Shown in pieces: positions 1 through 8,604 of a DNA stretch of 25,835 nucleotides; positions within the stretch are counted from its first letter, which is position 1; every line of letters begins with the position of its first letter. Source of the stretch: a virus (lineage: Duplodnaviria; Caudoviricetes); the IMG/VR virus record IMGVR_UViG_3300026210_000276, positions 1 through 25,835 of that record; one strand, 5' to 3'. A program made the position numbers and the translations under genes. The notes beneath the pieces are model-generated. The model was not told where the DNA came from. It was given only the letters and a program-made list of their open reading frames with translations, and made no database searches.

Positions 1-122
1 TACTCTCCATCCAACTCATCCAGTTCAGTCTCAACGTCGTCCCAGTCTGGTTGGGCATAGGTCACACTAGGAACAACCACCCATATAAACAGCATTACCA
101 ATAAAACCTTTATTCTACGCAT
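1..122 (-). CDS. Partial hypothetical protein with N-terminal signal peptide (runs off the window start)
   Basis: Not in the ORF track. Reverse strand from ATG at 122 reads MRRIKVLLVMLFIWVVVPSVTYAQPDWDDVETELDELDGE... with no stop. It has a basic N-terminus, hydrophobic core and T-Y-A cleavage-like site, and overlaps the end of the 110-454 gene. Confidence 0.6.
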   Translation of the reverse strand, partial: MRRIKVLLVMLFIWVVVPSVTYAQPDWDDVETELDELDGE

Positions 123-454
123 TTTTCGTCCTTTATTTGTTGTATGCTGGTGCCAATTGCTGAAATCTCACCCGTCAAATCCACAATCCTATCCTCATAA
201 TTGACTTTATCCAACTCGGAGATGAGTTCATCATCCAGTCTGTCCCTTATGGACATCCGTTCGGACTTGAGGTCGTTCCGCTTGATGTTCTTGGTCAACA
301 CGATTACAGAATTGATGACCCTACATTCTAGTAACTGGACCCTCATTTCCTTCGCAAAATGAGTGTACATCGTCATTCCTGCACCAACCAGCGCACAAAC
401 ACTAAGGATGGTGCCAACAATTAGATGAATTTTGGGTAATTTTTGCATTAGCAT
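110..454 (-). CDS. Hypothetical membrane-anchored coiled-coil protein (late gene)
   Basis: 114 aa with an N-terminal TM segment (IHLIVGTILSVCALVGAGM) followed by a heptad-like helical region. A minus-strand TATAAATA lies upstream at 498-505. Confidence 0.65.
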   Translation of the reverse strand: MLMQKLPKIHLIVGTILSVCALVGAGMTMYTHFAKEMRVQLLECRVINSVIVLTKNIKRNDLKSERMSIRDRLDDELISELDKVNYEDRIVDLTGEISAIGTSIQQIKDEKCVE

Positions 455-455
455 C

Positions 456-484
456 TTGACAAACTCGCCTTTTTATAGTATAAT
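456..484 (+). promoter_or_regulatory. sigma70-type (early) promoter for the primase/RNR operon
   Basis: TTGACA (456-461), 17 nt spacer, TATAAT (479-484): perfect consensus, 37 nt upstream of the primase ATG. Confidence 0.85.
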
Positions 485-497
485 ACACTTTATAAGA

Positions 498-505
498 TAT
501 TTATA
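498..505 (-). promoter_or_regulatory. T4-type late promoter (TATAAATA)
   Basis: TATTTATA on + equals TATAAATA on -, about 45 nt upstream of the 110-454 gene start. Confidence 0.7.
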
Positions 506-521
506 AGATGGGCATTATTAC

Positions 522-1565
522 ATGACTATTTGGATTGACAAGAAATTTCTAAATAACATCTCAGTTCAACTTGAACAATTCAAGTGGAAAGACAACAATT
601 TAGCCAATTGTAGGTGTCCTGTCTGTGGTGATTCTCAAAAAAACAAGTATAAAGCGAGGATGTACTTCTTTGAACGGAAGGGGTCATACTTCGTCCATTG
701 CCATAACTGTGGTTACAGCAAGAGTTTTAAGAACTTCTTGAAACGTCTGGATGGCAAAATATACTCAGAATATTGTATGGAGACCTTCAAGGAGAGTAGC
801 AACTCAGCATCTAAGAGTACGGGGAAAAAGGCGCCTGGTCTGTACTATAAATCCCCTGAATTCAAAAACCCCACCAAAGTTACACTTTTAGATGGTATAT
901 TGCAGCGTTTAGACACATTACCAGACGATAACCTTGCAATACAGTATGCCCTCGGGCGACACATACCGCGGGGAAAGTTCGGACAACTGTACTATATAGA
1001 CGACATCAGTAAGCTGAAAAGGGTTTTCCCCAAATACAAGGATAGGATACATGGCACAGAACCTAGGTTAGTCATGCCCTTTTTCACTCAAAAAGGACAC
1101 TTGTTTGCTATTTCATGCAGAGCCCTAGGTGACGAGGAACTACGGTATCTGACGCTGAGCGTCGGCTCATGGCCAGACCAGGTTCCTATGGTTTATGGTC
1201 TGAATACCCTAGACATTGAGAAACATATATATGTTGTTGAGGGTCCTATAGACTCGTTGTTCCTACCCAACTGTATCGCAGTTGGTGGTAGTGACCTGAA
1301 GAAGATAGAACGGGTTCTCCCCAAAGAGAAATGCACGTTGATTTTCGACAACCAGAACAGGAACAAGGACGTTATCAAAATCATGCAACATAGTATCGAA
1401 AACCACTTCAAGGTCTGTATTTGGCCCGACACGGTTGGAAAAAAAGATGTGAATGAGATGATTTTATCGGGGATGGACTCGAAAAGTGTTATAGATATAA
1501 TACATGCAAATACGTTTTCGGGTTTAGATGCGGTCAACAGATTGAACGCCTGGAAGAAATGTTAG
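522..1565 (+). CDS. gp61: T4 gp61-like DNA primase
   Basis: N-terminal Zn finger (NCRCPVCGDS...HCHNCG) and TOPRIM motifs (YVVEGPIDSLF, IFDNQNRN, KDVNEM). Length and layout are typical of T4-like primases. Confidence 0.93.
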   Translation: MTIWIDKKFLNNISVQLEQFKWKDNNLANCRCPVCGDSQKNKYKARMYFFERKGSYFVHCHNCGYSKSFKNFLKRLDGKIYSEYCMETFKESSNSASKSTGKKAPGLYYKSPEFKNPTKVTLLDGILQRLDTLPDDNLAIQYALGRHIPRGKFGQLYYIDDISKLKRVFPKYKDRIHGTEPRLVMPFFTQKGHLFAISCRALGDEELRYLTLSVGSWPDQVPMVYGLNTLDIEKHIYVVEGPIDSLFLPNCIAVGGSDLKKIERVLPKEKCTLIFDNQNRNKDVIKIMQHSIENHFKVCIWPDTVGKKDVNEMILSGMDSKSVIDIIHANTFSGLDAVNRLNAWKKC

Positions 1566-1588
1566 ATTATGAAAAGGGAAATGAATAT

Positions 1589-3496
1589 ATGGACGAATAT
1601 TTGCCAACACTATACCAGCAATATATATACCTTTCAAGATACTCCCGGTGGTTGTGGGAAAAGAATCGGAGAGAAACGTGGCCCGAAACAGTAGCCAGAT
1701 ACTTCGATTTCTTTGAGGACCATCTCCTAGAAAACAACAAGTATAAATTACCAGCCAAACTACGTAAAGAGTTGGAAGACTCTATACTAAACCTACACAC
1801 AATGCCCTCCATGCGGTGTCTCATGACAGCAGGAGAGGCACTGAAACGGGAAAACATAGCGGGGTATAACTGCTCATATGTCACCGTTGACAACCCCAGG
1901 TCTTTTGATGAAATCCTATACATCTTGATGAACGGTACGGGGGTAGGGTTCTCTGTAGAACGCCAATACATTAACCAGTTACCTGCGGTTGCTGAGGAGT
2001 TTTTTGACACCGACACGACCATCGTTGTCAGTGATTCCAAACTAGGTTGGGCTAAGGCTTTCAAGGAACTCATTCAACTGTTATACAGTGGTCAAGTACC
2101 CCGATGGGATTTAAGTCGGATAAGACCCGGTGGTGCTGCTCTAAAAACTTTTGGAGGTCGTGCAAGTGGACCAGAACCGTTAGAAGACCTGTTCCATTTC
2201 TGTGTTCGCATGTTTACAAACGCACCAGGTCGAAAACTAACATCTCTTGAGTGTCATGACATTGTTTGTAAAGTTGCCGACGTTGTGGTGGTTGGTGGCG
2301 TCAGGAGAGCCGCACTAATATCACTTTCCAACCTCTCAGATGACCGTATGAGGATGGCAAAGTCTGGCCAATGGTGGGAGGAAAACATGCAGAGGTCACT
2401 GGCAAACAACTCTGCTGCCTATACGGAGAAACCTGATATAGGTATCTTCATGGAAGAATGGTTGTCCCTATACAATTCCAAGTCTGGTGAACGTGGTATA
2501 TTCAACAGGCAAGCGGCAGTCAAGCAAGCAGGCAAGGCAGGTAAGAGGGAGGTTGACCATGATTTTGGTGTTAATCCCTGTGGTGAAATCATTCTCAGAC
2601 CGAGAGGGTTCTGTAACCTGTCAGAAGTCGTCGTCCGACCAAATGATACAGAAGAAATCCTTACCCAGAAGGTCAAGGTCGCAGCCATCCTAGGCACATT
2701 CCAGTCAACCCTAACGGATTTCAGGTATATCTCAAGGAAATGGCAGGAGAATGCCGAAGAAGAACGATTGTTAGGTGTCTCTATCACAGGCATCATGAGT
2801 AACAAGTTACTGTATGATACCAAAAGTGACTTAGCGGGGTTACAACAGAGGTTACTACAACACGTAATAGAAACGAACAAAGAGTATGCAAAGAAGTTAG
2901 GTATCAACCAAGCAACTGCCACAACCTGTGTCAAACCCTCTGGGACGGTCTCCCAGTTGGTCAACTGCCCACCTGGGATCCACTGTGACCACTCACAGTA
3001 TTATATCAGAACGGTGAGGGGTGACAACAAAGACCCCCTAACAAAATTCCTGCAAGAGATTGGTGTCCCCAATGAACCCGATGTTACAAAACCACACCAC
3101 ACCACGGTGTTTTCATTTCCTATCGAAACAGGCAACTCAACATACAAACACGATATGTCAGCAATCGAACAACTGGAGTTGTGGTTGGTATACCAGCAGA
3201 ACTGGTGTGAACATAACCCATCCATAACGGTTACAGTGAAAGAAAACGAGTGGTTAGATGTCGGTGCGTGGGTGTACAATAATTTTGATAATGCGTGTGG
3301 ACTGACGTTCCTGCCCGCTACCGACCATATATACAGACAAGCACCCTATCAAGAGTGTAACAAGAAAACGTATACCGAGATGGTAAAAAAGATGCCTACA
3401 GAGATTGACTGGTCTGAATTATCTAAATATGAAAACACCGATACTACAGAGGGTTCTCAGGAACTTGCCTGTACCAGTGGTCAATGTTTAATTTAA
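1589..3496 (+). CDS. nrdJ: Class II (adenosylcobalamin-dependent) ribonucleotide reductase, monomeric RTPR type
   Basis: Motifs YNC, LMNGTGVGFS, VVGGVRR, NPCGEI (catalytic N-x-C-x-E), TCVKPSGT and C-terminal ELACTSGQC redox pair. No nrdB follows. Start moved to ATG 1589, which has an AAAGGGA SD and avoids the primase overlap. Confidence 0.92.
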   Translation: MDEYLPTLYQQYIYLSRYSRWLWEKNRRETWPETVARYFDFFEDHLLENNKYKLPAKLRKELEDSILNLHTMPSMRCLMTAGEALKRENIAGYNCSYVTVDNPRSFDEILYILMNGTGVGFSVERQYINQLPAVAEEFFDTDTTIVVSDSKLGWAKAFKELIQLLYSGQVPRWDLSRIRPGGAALKTFGGRASGPEPLEDLFHFCVRMFTNAPGRKLTSLECHDIVCKVADVVVVGGVRRAALISLSNLSDDRMRMAKSGQWWEENMQRSLANNSAAYTEKPDIGIFMEEWLSLYNSKSGERGIFNRQAAVKQAGKAGKREVDHDFGVNPCGEIILRPRGFCNLSEVVVRPNDTEEILTQKVKVAAILGTFQSTLTDFRYISRKWQENAEEERLLGVSITGIMSNKLLYDTKSDLAGLQQRLLQHVIETNKEYAKKLGINQATATTCVKPSGTVSQLVNCPPGIHCDHSQYYIRTVRGDNKDPLTKFLQEIGVPNEPDVTKPHHTTVFSFPIETGNSTYKHDMSAIEQLELWLVYQQNWCEHNPSITVTVKENEWLDVGAWVYNNFDNACGLTFLPATDHIYRQAPYQECNKKTYTEMVKKMPTEIDWSELSKYENTDTTEGSQELACTSGQCLI

Positions 3497-3505
3497 GAGG
3501 TAACG

Positions 3506-3739
3506 ATGACAGCTAAAAACGAAAAAAGAATAACTTGTCATTTCTGTGCTACAGAATATACACTAATCTACCATGAGGAAGTGACAGAAGGACCTGATTG
3601 GTGTCCATTCTGCGGTAATGATGTTAAGAGTTCAGCACTTGAGTTGGCTAGAGACAGTATCACAGATATAAGTGGAATCGGTTTGGACTTAGATTCCATA
3701 CCCGATGTTGATGATGAATGGTACGAAGACGGTGGGTAA
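3506..3739 (+). CDS. Small zinc-ribbon protein with acidic tail
   Basis: CHFC...WCPFCG with a D/E-rich C-terminus; GAGGT SD upstream. Confidence 0.75.
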   Translation: MTAKNEKRITCHFCATEYTLIYHEEVTEGPDWCPFCGNDVKSSALELARDSITDISGIGLDLDSIPDVDDEWYEDGG

Positions 3740-4169
3740 CCAGTGGTTGTTTGAAGGAAAAGTATTTGATGAGGATTTGAAACATGGCTATCAAGGGTTC
3801 GTATACAAGATTACAAATCATAAGACAAACCGAAAGTATATAGGACGTAAGTATTTCTGGAGCGTACGGAAGGTCAAAGGGAAGACCAAACGACAACGGT
3901 CAGAGAGCAACTGGAAAGACTACTGGTCATCGTCTAAGGTGGTCCAAGAAGATGTAAAGAACCTCGGTGAAGAACATTTCTCTAGAGAGATACTCGTCCT
4001 TTGCCACACAAGGGGTGATATTAACAGAATGGAAACATATTATTTGTGGAAAAACAACGTGTTAGAGAATGATGAATGGTATAATGACTCTGTGGGTAAC
4101 ATGAAAAGCGCACCTAAGCACATTATTGAGAAAAGAAAATATGCAAGATGGAATAAACCTCATGAGTGA
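3705..4169 (+). CDS. GIY-YIG family nuclease-like protein (Seg-like)
   Basis: GFVYKIT...KYIGRK motif pair, Y(W)SSS, F(S)REIL, conserved E and WYN. Exact start uncertain. Confidence 0.8.
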   Translation: MLMMNGTKTVGNQWLFEGKVFDEDLKHGYQGFVYKITNHKTNRKYIGRKYFWSVRKVKGKTKRQRSESNWKDYWSSSKVVQEDVKNLGEEHFSREILVLCHTRGDINRMETYYLWKNNVLENDEWYNDSVGNMKSAPKHIIEKRKYARWNKPHE

Positions 4170-4731
4170 TGGAGTCTTACCACAACACTTGGGGGGACAT
4201 CTAAATAGGACCCACACGGACAGGGGAACCCTTAAGTATCTCATACAGCAATACCAAATCAAAAGTATGGTTGATATTGGATGTGGTACCGGTCAGATGG
4301 TAGAAATTGCACAAGACAGGGGTCTTGACGTAATGGGTATTGATGGTGATTGGTTTGTTATGAAAGCACCACACATTAACGTGATGATACATGACTTCCG
4401 AGACCCTATAGAGATTAGTAGGACGTGGGATTTGGCATGGGCTGTTGAGTTTCTAGAGCATGTTGAAGAAAAATATATGGACAATTACATGACGGTTTTC
4501 AATGCCTGTAAGTATGCTATCGTTACACATGCCCCACCTGGTCACCCGGGACACTATCATGTTAATTGTCAAGACCCAGAATACTGGATAGAGAAGTTTG
4601 ATAAATATAATTTCGATTGTGACCTTACTGAGTCTGTCAAGATTAGACAACACCATGCCACTATGCTGAAACCCTTTATGCAAAAGACCGGACTGTTCTT
4701 CAAGAATCGAGAGTTCCATGACGCAACATAA
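4162..4731 (+). CDS. Class I SAM-dependent methyltransferase (likely sugar/small-molecule)
   Basis: VDIGCGTG (motif I), GIDG, WDLAWAVEFLEHV, HVNCQ. Start placed at ATG 4162, overlapping the upstream stop. Confidence 0.85.
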   Translation: MSDGVLPQHLGGHLNRTHTDRGTLKYLIQQYQIKSMVDIGCGTGQMVEIAQDRGLDVMGIDGDWFVMKAPHINVMIHDFRDPIEISRTWDLAWAVEFLEHVEEKYMDNYMTVFNACKYAIVTHAPPGHPGHYHVNCQDPEYWIEKFDKYNFDCDLTESVKIRQHHATMLKPFMQKTGLFFKNREFHDAT

Positions 4732-5776
4732 GATACTCTACTGTTGGTTCAAGAAGGGGAGCACCACGGCTAGGAAATATATTGAAGAAGGAATCATCAA
4801 TGGTTTCTTGGCAGCGGGTCACGAAGTAGAGACTTGGGATGGTGTCCACACACAATCATTGGAAAAGATACTCAACGACTTTCAACCAGATGTGTTCCTC
4901 GGTCATGTGAGAAACCAACCGGGGTATAGCCCTGCACTATGGATTACTAACGCATGTTTTGGTGTGTTACAAAGGTATAAGAACACACATGGATTGAAGG
5001 TAGCACTGGAGACACACCCCGATTCGATTACCATGTTTAACCTGTTGGACATTCCAATGTCTATCGTTGAGAAGAACAAACCCTTCCACTATCAGGCAAG
5101 ACCCGGGTTACCCGCAGAAGAAAAGTTAGTAAATACGAAATTCGTAGACCTCATTCTCCATGCGTTTACAGATAAAGTAAACAACTATGGTTTCAGGTGG
5201 TGGGTTGAGAGAGTGCCCGTCATGAGTTGGCCCTTAGCAGCAGACAGCACAGTATATGTGGAATCCCAAGATGATGTTGAACAAGATATTGACATATCGT
5301 TTGTCGGTGGGTGGTGGCCCAGTAAGGGTCTGCAACTAGACAAGTACATGAAACCCATGATGGAAGAATTTGGTGACAGACTGCACATATATGGAACAGG
5401 TTGGCCCTATGGGTCACGGGGATACTTACCAGATAACGAGGTTGGACACATCTTTGCGTCGAGTAAAATCAATATCTGTTTGCATGAGTTACCTTTCGTA
5501 CAGCACCACCCCACCCATGTAAGTGAGAGGGTATTCAAGGTTGGTATGGTAGGAGGGTTTGCCATCAGTGACAACAACCCCTGCATATTAGAGTATTTCG
5601 ATATAAGTAGAGAAGTGATAATTTCACATTCACCAGAAGATATGATTGAATCGTGTAACTATTATCTTAAATACGAAAGTGAACGTAAGGAGATTGCGAA
5701 CAACTTTAGAGAAAGGGTGAAAACAGACCACACGTATATTCATAGAGTCAACTCATTGTTGGAGAGACTTTTTTGA
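4718..5776 (+). CDS. GT-B glycosyltransferase (CgeB/Glyco_trans_1_2-like)
   Basis: WPLAAD, DISFVGG, IYGTGW, SSKINIC, SERVFKV...GGFAISD and C-terminal HTYIHRV are characteristic of the CgeB-like domain. Confidence 0.85.
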   Translation: MTQHKILYCWFKKGSTTARKYIEEGIINGFLAAGHEVETWDGVHTQSLEKILNDFQPDVFLGHVRNQPGYSPALWITNACFGVLQRYKNTHGLKVALETHPDSITMFNLLDIPMSIVEKNKPFHYQARPGLPAEEKLVNTKFVDLILHAFTDKVNNYGFRWWVERVPVMSWPLAADSTVYVESQDDVEQDIDISFVGGWWPSKGLQLDKYMKPMMEEFGDRLHIYGTGWPYGSRGYLPDNEVGHIFASSKINICLHELPFVQHHPTHVSERVFKVGMVGGFAISDNNPCILEYFDISREVIISHSPEDMIESCNYYLKYESERKEIANNFRERVKTDHTYIHRVNSLLERLF

Positions 5777-6492
5777 CGCTAATACCTCAACAAACATTAT
5801 ATCTCCGTGGTGGATTGGGAACTCAGGTATTACTGTTATATCATGCATTTTCAACCGTGATAGAACATGGGTATAAGTATGACAACATCCTAATTAGTCC
5901 TGTTGAAGGAGTTCCTAAACTTCAAGTTGATTACGTATCCCAGTTATTCGACCTTCCTATTCCTTGTGAAATAGATACTTCAGGAACGATACAAAAGTCT
6001 TTTGAACTTTGTGCTCCCTGTTTTGAATATTCTTACAAACACCGTGAACGAATTGCGGAAGAATTTATACCCCTTAAACCCAACACAACACATGCAAAGG
6101 TAAAGTCACTACTCCATGTGAGAGGCACAGACAATCAATTCGTATCTGAGGAGGTATATTGTGATATAGCAAGAGACTATGAATGTACAATATACGGTGA
6201 CGACCCAATACTCGTCCAGAAAATTGCACTAGAAACTGGTAGTCCCTACCTCATACAAAATCCCATAGACGATTGGTATACTACTGTCAATGCAGAGAGA
6301 ATTTATGGTGGACTATCAACATTTTTTCTATCAGCAACTCTCATCCCCCCTGATAAATATATTGGTATTTTCGATAAAGACCTATATACTGGACCTAAAA
6401 CAGAAGTGTGTAACGTAGAATATAGTTATAGACTATTTGAAGGGATAGTTAAAGTTTTGCCAAACAGTTATTTCGTGAGCCTTATAGACTGA
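5773..6492 (+). CDS. GT11-like alpha-1,2-fucosyl/colitosyl-transferase
   Basis: N-terminal LRGGLGTQ (cf. GGLGNQ), LHVRGTD (cf. HVRRGD, GDP-sugar binding), IYGDD, STFF (cf. STFSWW). TTG start coupled to the upstream stop. Divergent. Confidence 0.65.
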   Translation: MTLIPQQTLYLRGGLGTQVLLLYHAFSTVIEHGYKYDNILISPVEGVPKLQVDYVSQLFDLPIPCEIDTSGTIQKSFELCAPCFEYSYKHRERIAEEFIPLKPNTTHAKVKSLLHVRGTDNQFVSEEVYCDIARDYECTIYGDDPILVQKIALETGSPYLIQNPIDDWYTTVNAERIYGGLSTFFLSATLIPPDKYIGIFDKDLYTGPKTEVCNVEYSYRLFEGIVKVLPNSYFVSLID

Positions 6493-6493
6493 T

Positions 6494-7654
6494 ATGTATT
6501 ATCCTCTTGCAATAAGTAGTTGGACCCAAGCCGAAAAAGACGCAATACAACGTGTGGTCAACAGCGGTCAACACACAATGGGTCCTGAGATAGAACAGTT
6601 TGAGACTGAGTTTGCACAAAAGTTTGGTGTGAAACACGCCATAATGGTCAACAGTGGGAGTTCCGCTAACCTGTTGGCAGTCGGTGCTTTGATAGAAGCG
6701 GGTGCGTTATCCCCCGGTGACGAGGTCATTGTCCCTGCGGTTAGTTGGGGCACCTCATACTTTCCCCTACACCAATACGGTCTCAAGTTGGTTTTCTGTG
6801 ACATCAATGAAGAAACCTTGAATATAGACCCCAACATGCTATATGAATTGATAACAGACAAAACCAAAGCAATCTTTGCTGTCAACCTGTTGGGCAACCC
6901 CTGTAATTATGTACAGATTGAAGAATTATGTAGGAACCACAAACTCATTCTCCTAGAGGATAATTGTGAAAGTCTAGGTGCAAAGTATCTGGGTGCATAT
7001 ACAGGAACATATGGTACCATAGGCACCTTTAGTTTCTTCTTCTCACACCACCTACAGACAACCGAGGGTGGTATGGTCGTCACGGATGACACCCACCTTA
7101 TGCAATATATCAAGTCCCTTAGGTCACATGGTTGGGTGAGGAACCTTGAGGATGATAATGATTTGTATCAAAAGACAAACGACCCATTCACCGACAACTT
7201 CAAATTCGTCCTGCCTGGTTACTGTGTGAGGTCAACCGAGATATGTGCAGCAATCGGTAGGGAACAGTTAAAGAAGTGTGATAATATAATCCAGAGTCGA
7301 GTTGAGAATGGACAGGTATACCGACGGATATTTGGGGATTGTGAGTGGTGTGACATACAGAAACAGACTGGAATGTCAAGCTGGTTTGCATTTCCTTTCA
7401 TACTCAAAGGCCCACTAGGAGGCAAGAGAAAAGAAGTCATTGAGAAACTGACAGAGAATGACATTGAGACTAGGGCGGTATTGTCGGGGAACTTCCTAAA
7501 TCAACCCGTGATTAAGAGGATGAATTACTCGGTGCCCTTCTTCACACCAAATGCCGAGAGGGTAGACTCAGAGGGTTTCCTGATAGGCAACTGTCATAAA
7601 CCCCTTCAAGCGAAACTCAAGCATGTCAAGAAACTGATAGAGGATATGATTTAG
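6494..7654 (+). CDS. colD: GDP-4-keto-6-deoxy-D-mannose 3-dehydratase (ColD-like, DegT/DnrJ fold)
   Basis: YPLA.S.W N-terminus, VNSGSSANLL, EDNCESLGA, FSFFFSHHLQTTEGG (His185 at the position of the usual PLP lysine), LRSHGWVRNL, FKFVLPGY, SSWFAF. These match ColD rather than an aminotransferase. Confidence 0.85.
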   Translation: MYYPLAISSWTQAEKDAIQRVVNSGQHTMGPEIEQFETEFAQKFGVKHAIMVNSGSSANLLAVGALIEAGALSPGDEVIVPAVSWGTSYFPLHQYGLKLVFCDINEETLNIDPNMLYELITDKTKAIFAVNLLGNPCNYVQIEELCRNHKLILLEDNCESLGAKYLGAYTGTYGTIGTFSFFFSHHLQTTEGGMVVTDDTHLMQYIKSLRSHGWVRNLEDDNDLYQKTNDPFTDNFKFVLPGYCVRSTEICAAIGREQLKKCDNIIQSRVENGQVYRRIFGDCEWCDIQKQTGMSSWFAFPFILKGPLGGKRKEVIEKLTENDIETRAVLSGNFLNQPVIKRMNYSVPFFTPNAERVDSEGFLIGNCHKPLQAKLKHVKKLIEDMI

Positions 7655-8604
7655 TGACAGATATTTTTGGTATGAAGGGCAAAAAGGTTGCGGTTTTAGG
7701 TCACACCGGTATGCTTGGCCAGGCTCTCGTAAAAAGACTGGAACAAGAGGATTGCATCCTACAGAAGGCGAGTTCAGGTGAGTGCAACTTCTTCAAACGG
7801 AGTGAGGTTGACAAGTGGTTCTCCGAGAACCAACCAGACTACGTATTCTGTTGCGCTGCCTTGGTGGGTGGGATACAAGATAACATCAACAGACCCGCCG
7901 AGTTTCTATATTGCAACGTTATAATGTCCTTCAATATCATCCTTGCATGTATGGATTGCCATGCGGGTCAGGGTGTGGACAAACTGTTGTATTTCGGTTC
8001 TTCCTGCATGTATCCCAAAGACTGTGACCAACCGATGAAAGAGACCGACTTGTTGACGGGACCATTTGAACCGACCAATGAGGGGTATGCGATTGCGAAA
8101 ACCTCTGCGACCAAGTTGATAGAGTATTGCAGACAAAGTGGTCACAACTTCATTTCCTGTATACCATGCAACCTGTATGGTCCAAATGACAACTATGACC
8201 TAGAGTCAAGTCATGCCATGGCAGCTATAATCCAAAAAATCTGCGATGCGAAGGAACACGACCAGGACACGGTGGAGTTGTGGGGAACAGGTGCCCCAAA
8301 GAGAGAGTTTTTGCACATTGATGATTGTGCTGACGCTGCTGTATACCTGATGAAATACTTCAGTGAGGACGACCCTATCAACGTGGGTTTCGGTAAAGAC
8401 ATTTCCATCTATGAGTTGGCTAAAATGGTAAAAAGAATCGCCAAATACGAGGGAAGCATTATATATAATAATACCATAACCCTTGATGGAATGATGCGAA
8501 AGTTACTAGATACATCCAAACTAAATAGCTTCGGTTGGCATCCTACTATATCCCTTGAAGAAGGTATCACCGAAACAATTACAGAAAGGATCAATACGAC
8601 ATGA
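7654..8604 (+). CDS. GDP-L-fucose synthase / GDP-colitose synthase (ColC/Fcl-type epimerase-reductase)
   Basis: GHTGMLG Rossmann motif, AALVGGI, GSSCMYPK, PTNEGYAIAK (YxxxK), PCNLYGPNDNY, SSH, WGTGAPKREFLHIDD. Confidence 0.9.
   Translation: MTDIFGMKGKKVAVLGHTGMLGQALVKRLEQEDCILQKASSGECNFFKRSEVDKWFSENQPDYVFCCAALVGGIQDNINRPAEFLYCNVIMSFNIILACMDCHAGQGVDKLLYFGSSCMYPKDCDQPMKETDLLTGPFEPTNEGYAIAKTSATKLIEYCRQSGHNFISCIPCNLYGPNDNYDLESSHAMAAIIQKICDAKEHDQDTVELWGTGAPKREFLHIDDCADAAVYLMKYFSEDDPINVGFGKDISIYELAKMVKRIAKYEGSIIYNNTITLDGMMRKLLDTSKLNSFGWHPTISLEEGITETITERINTT

Noticed and set aside
1193-3279. Antisense ORFs within primase and RNR (1193-1537, 1567-2073, 2419-2964, 3001-3279) and similar shadow ORFs elsewhere
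   Set aside because: Fully nested opposite well-supported genes, with no RBS or motifs; typical antisense shadows.
1589-3496. Intron or intein in RNR or primase
   Set aside because: Both frames are continuous and of normal length, with no splice motifs seen.
6494-7654. Annotation as a DegT/perosamine-type aminotransferase or CDP-sugar E1 dehydratase
   Set aside because: The catalytic Lys is replaced by His, there is no Cys-rich Fe-S insertion as in E1, and the neighbour is a GDP-sugar reductase, so ColD fits better.
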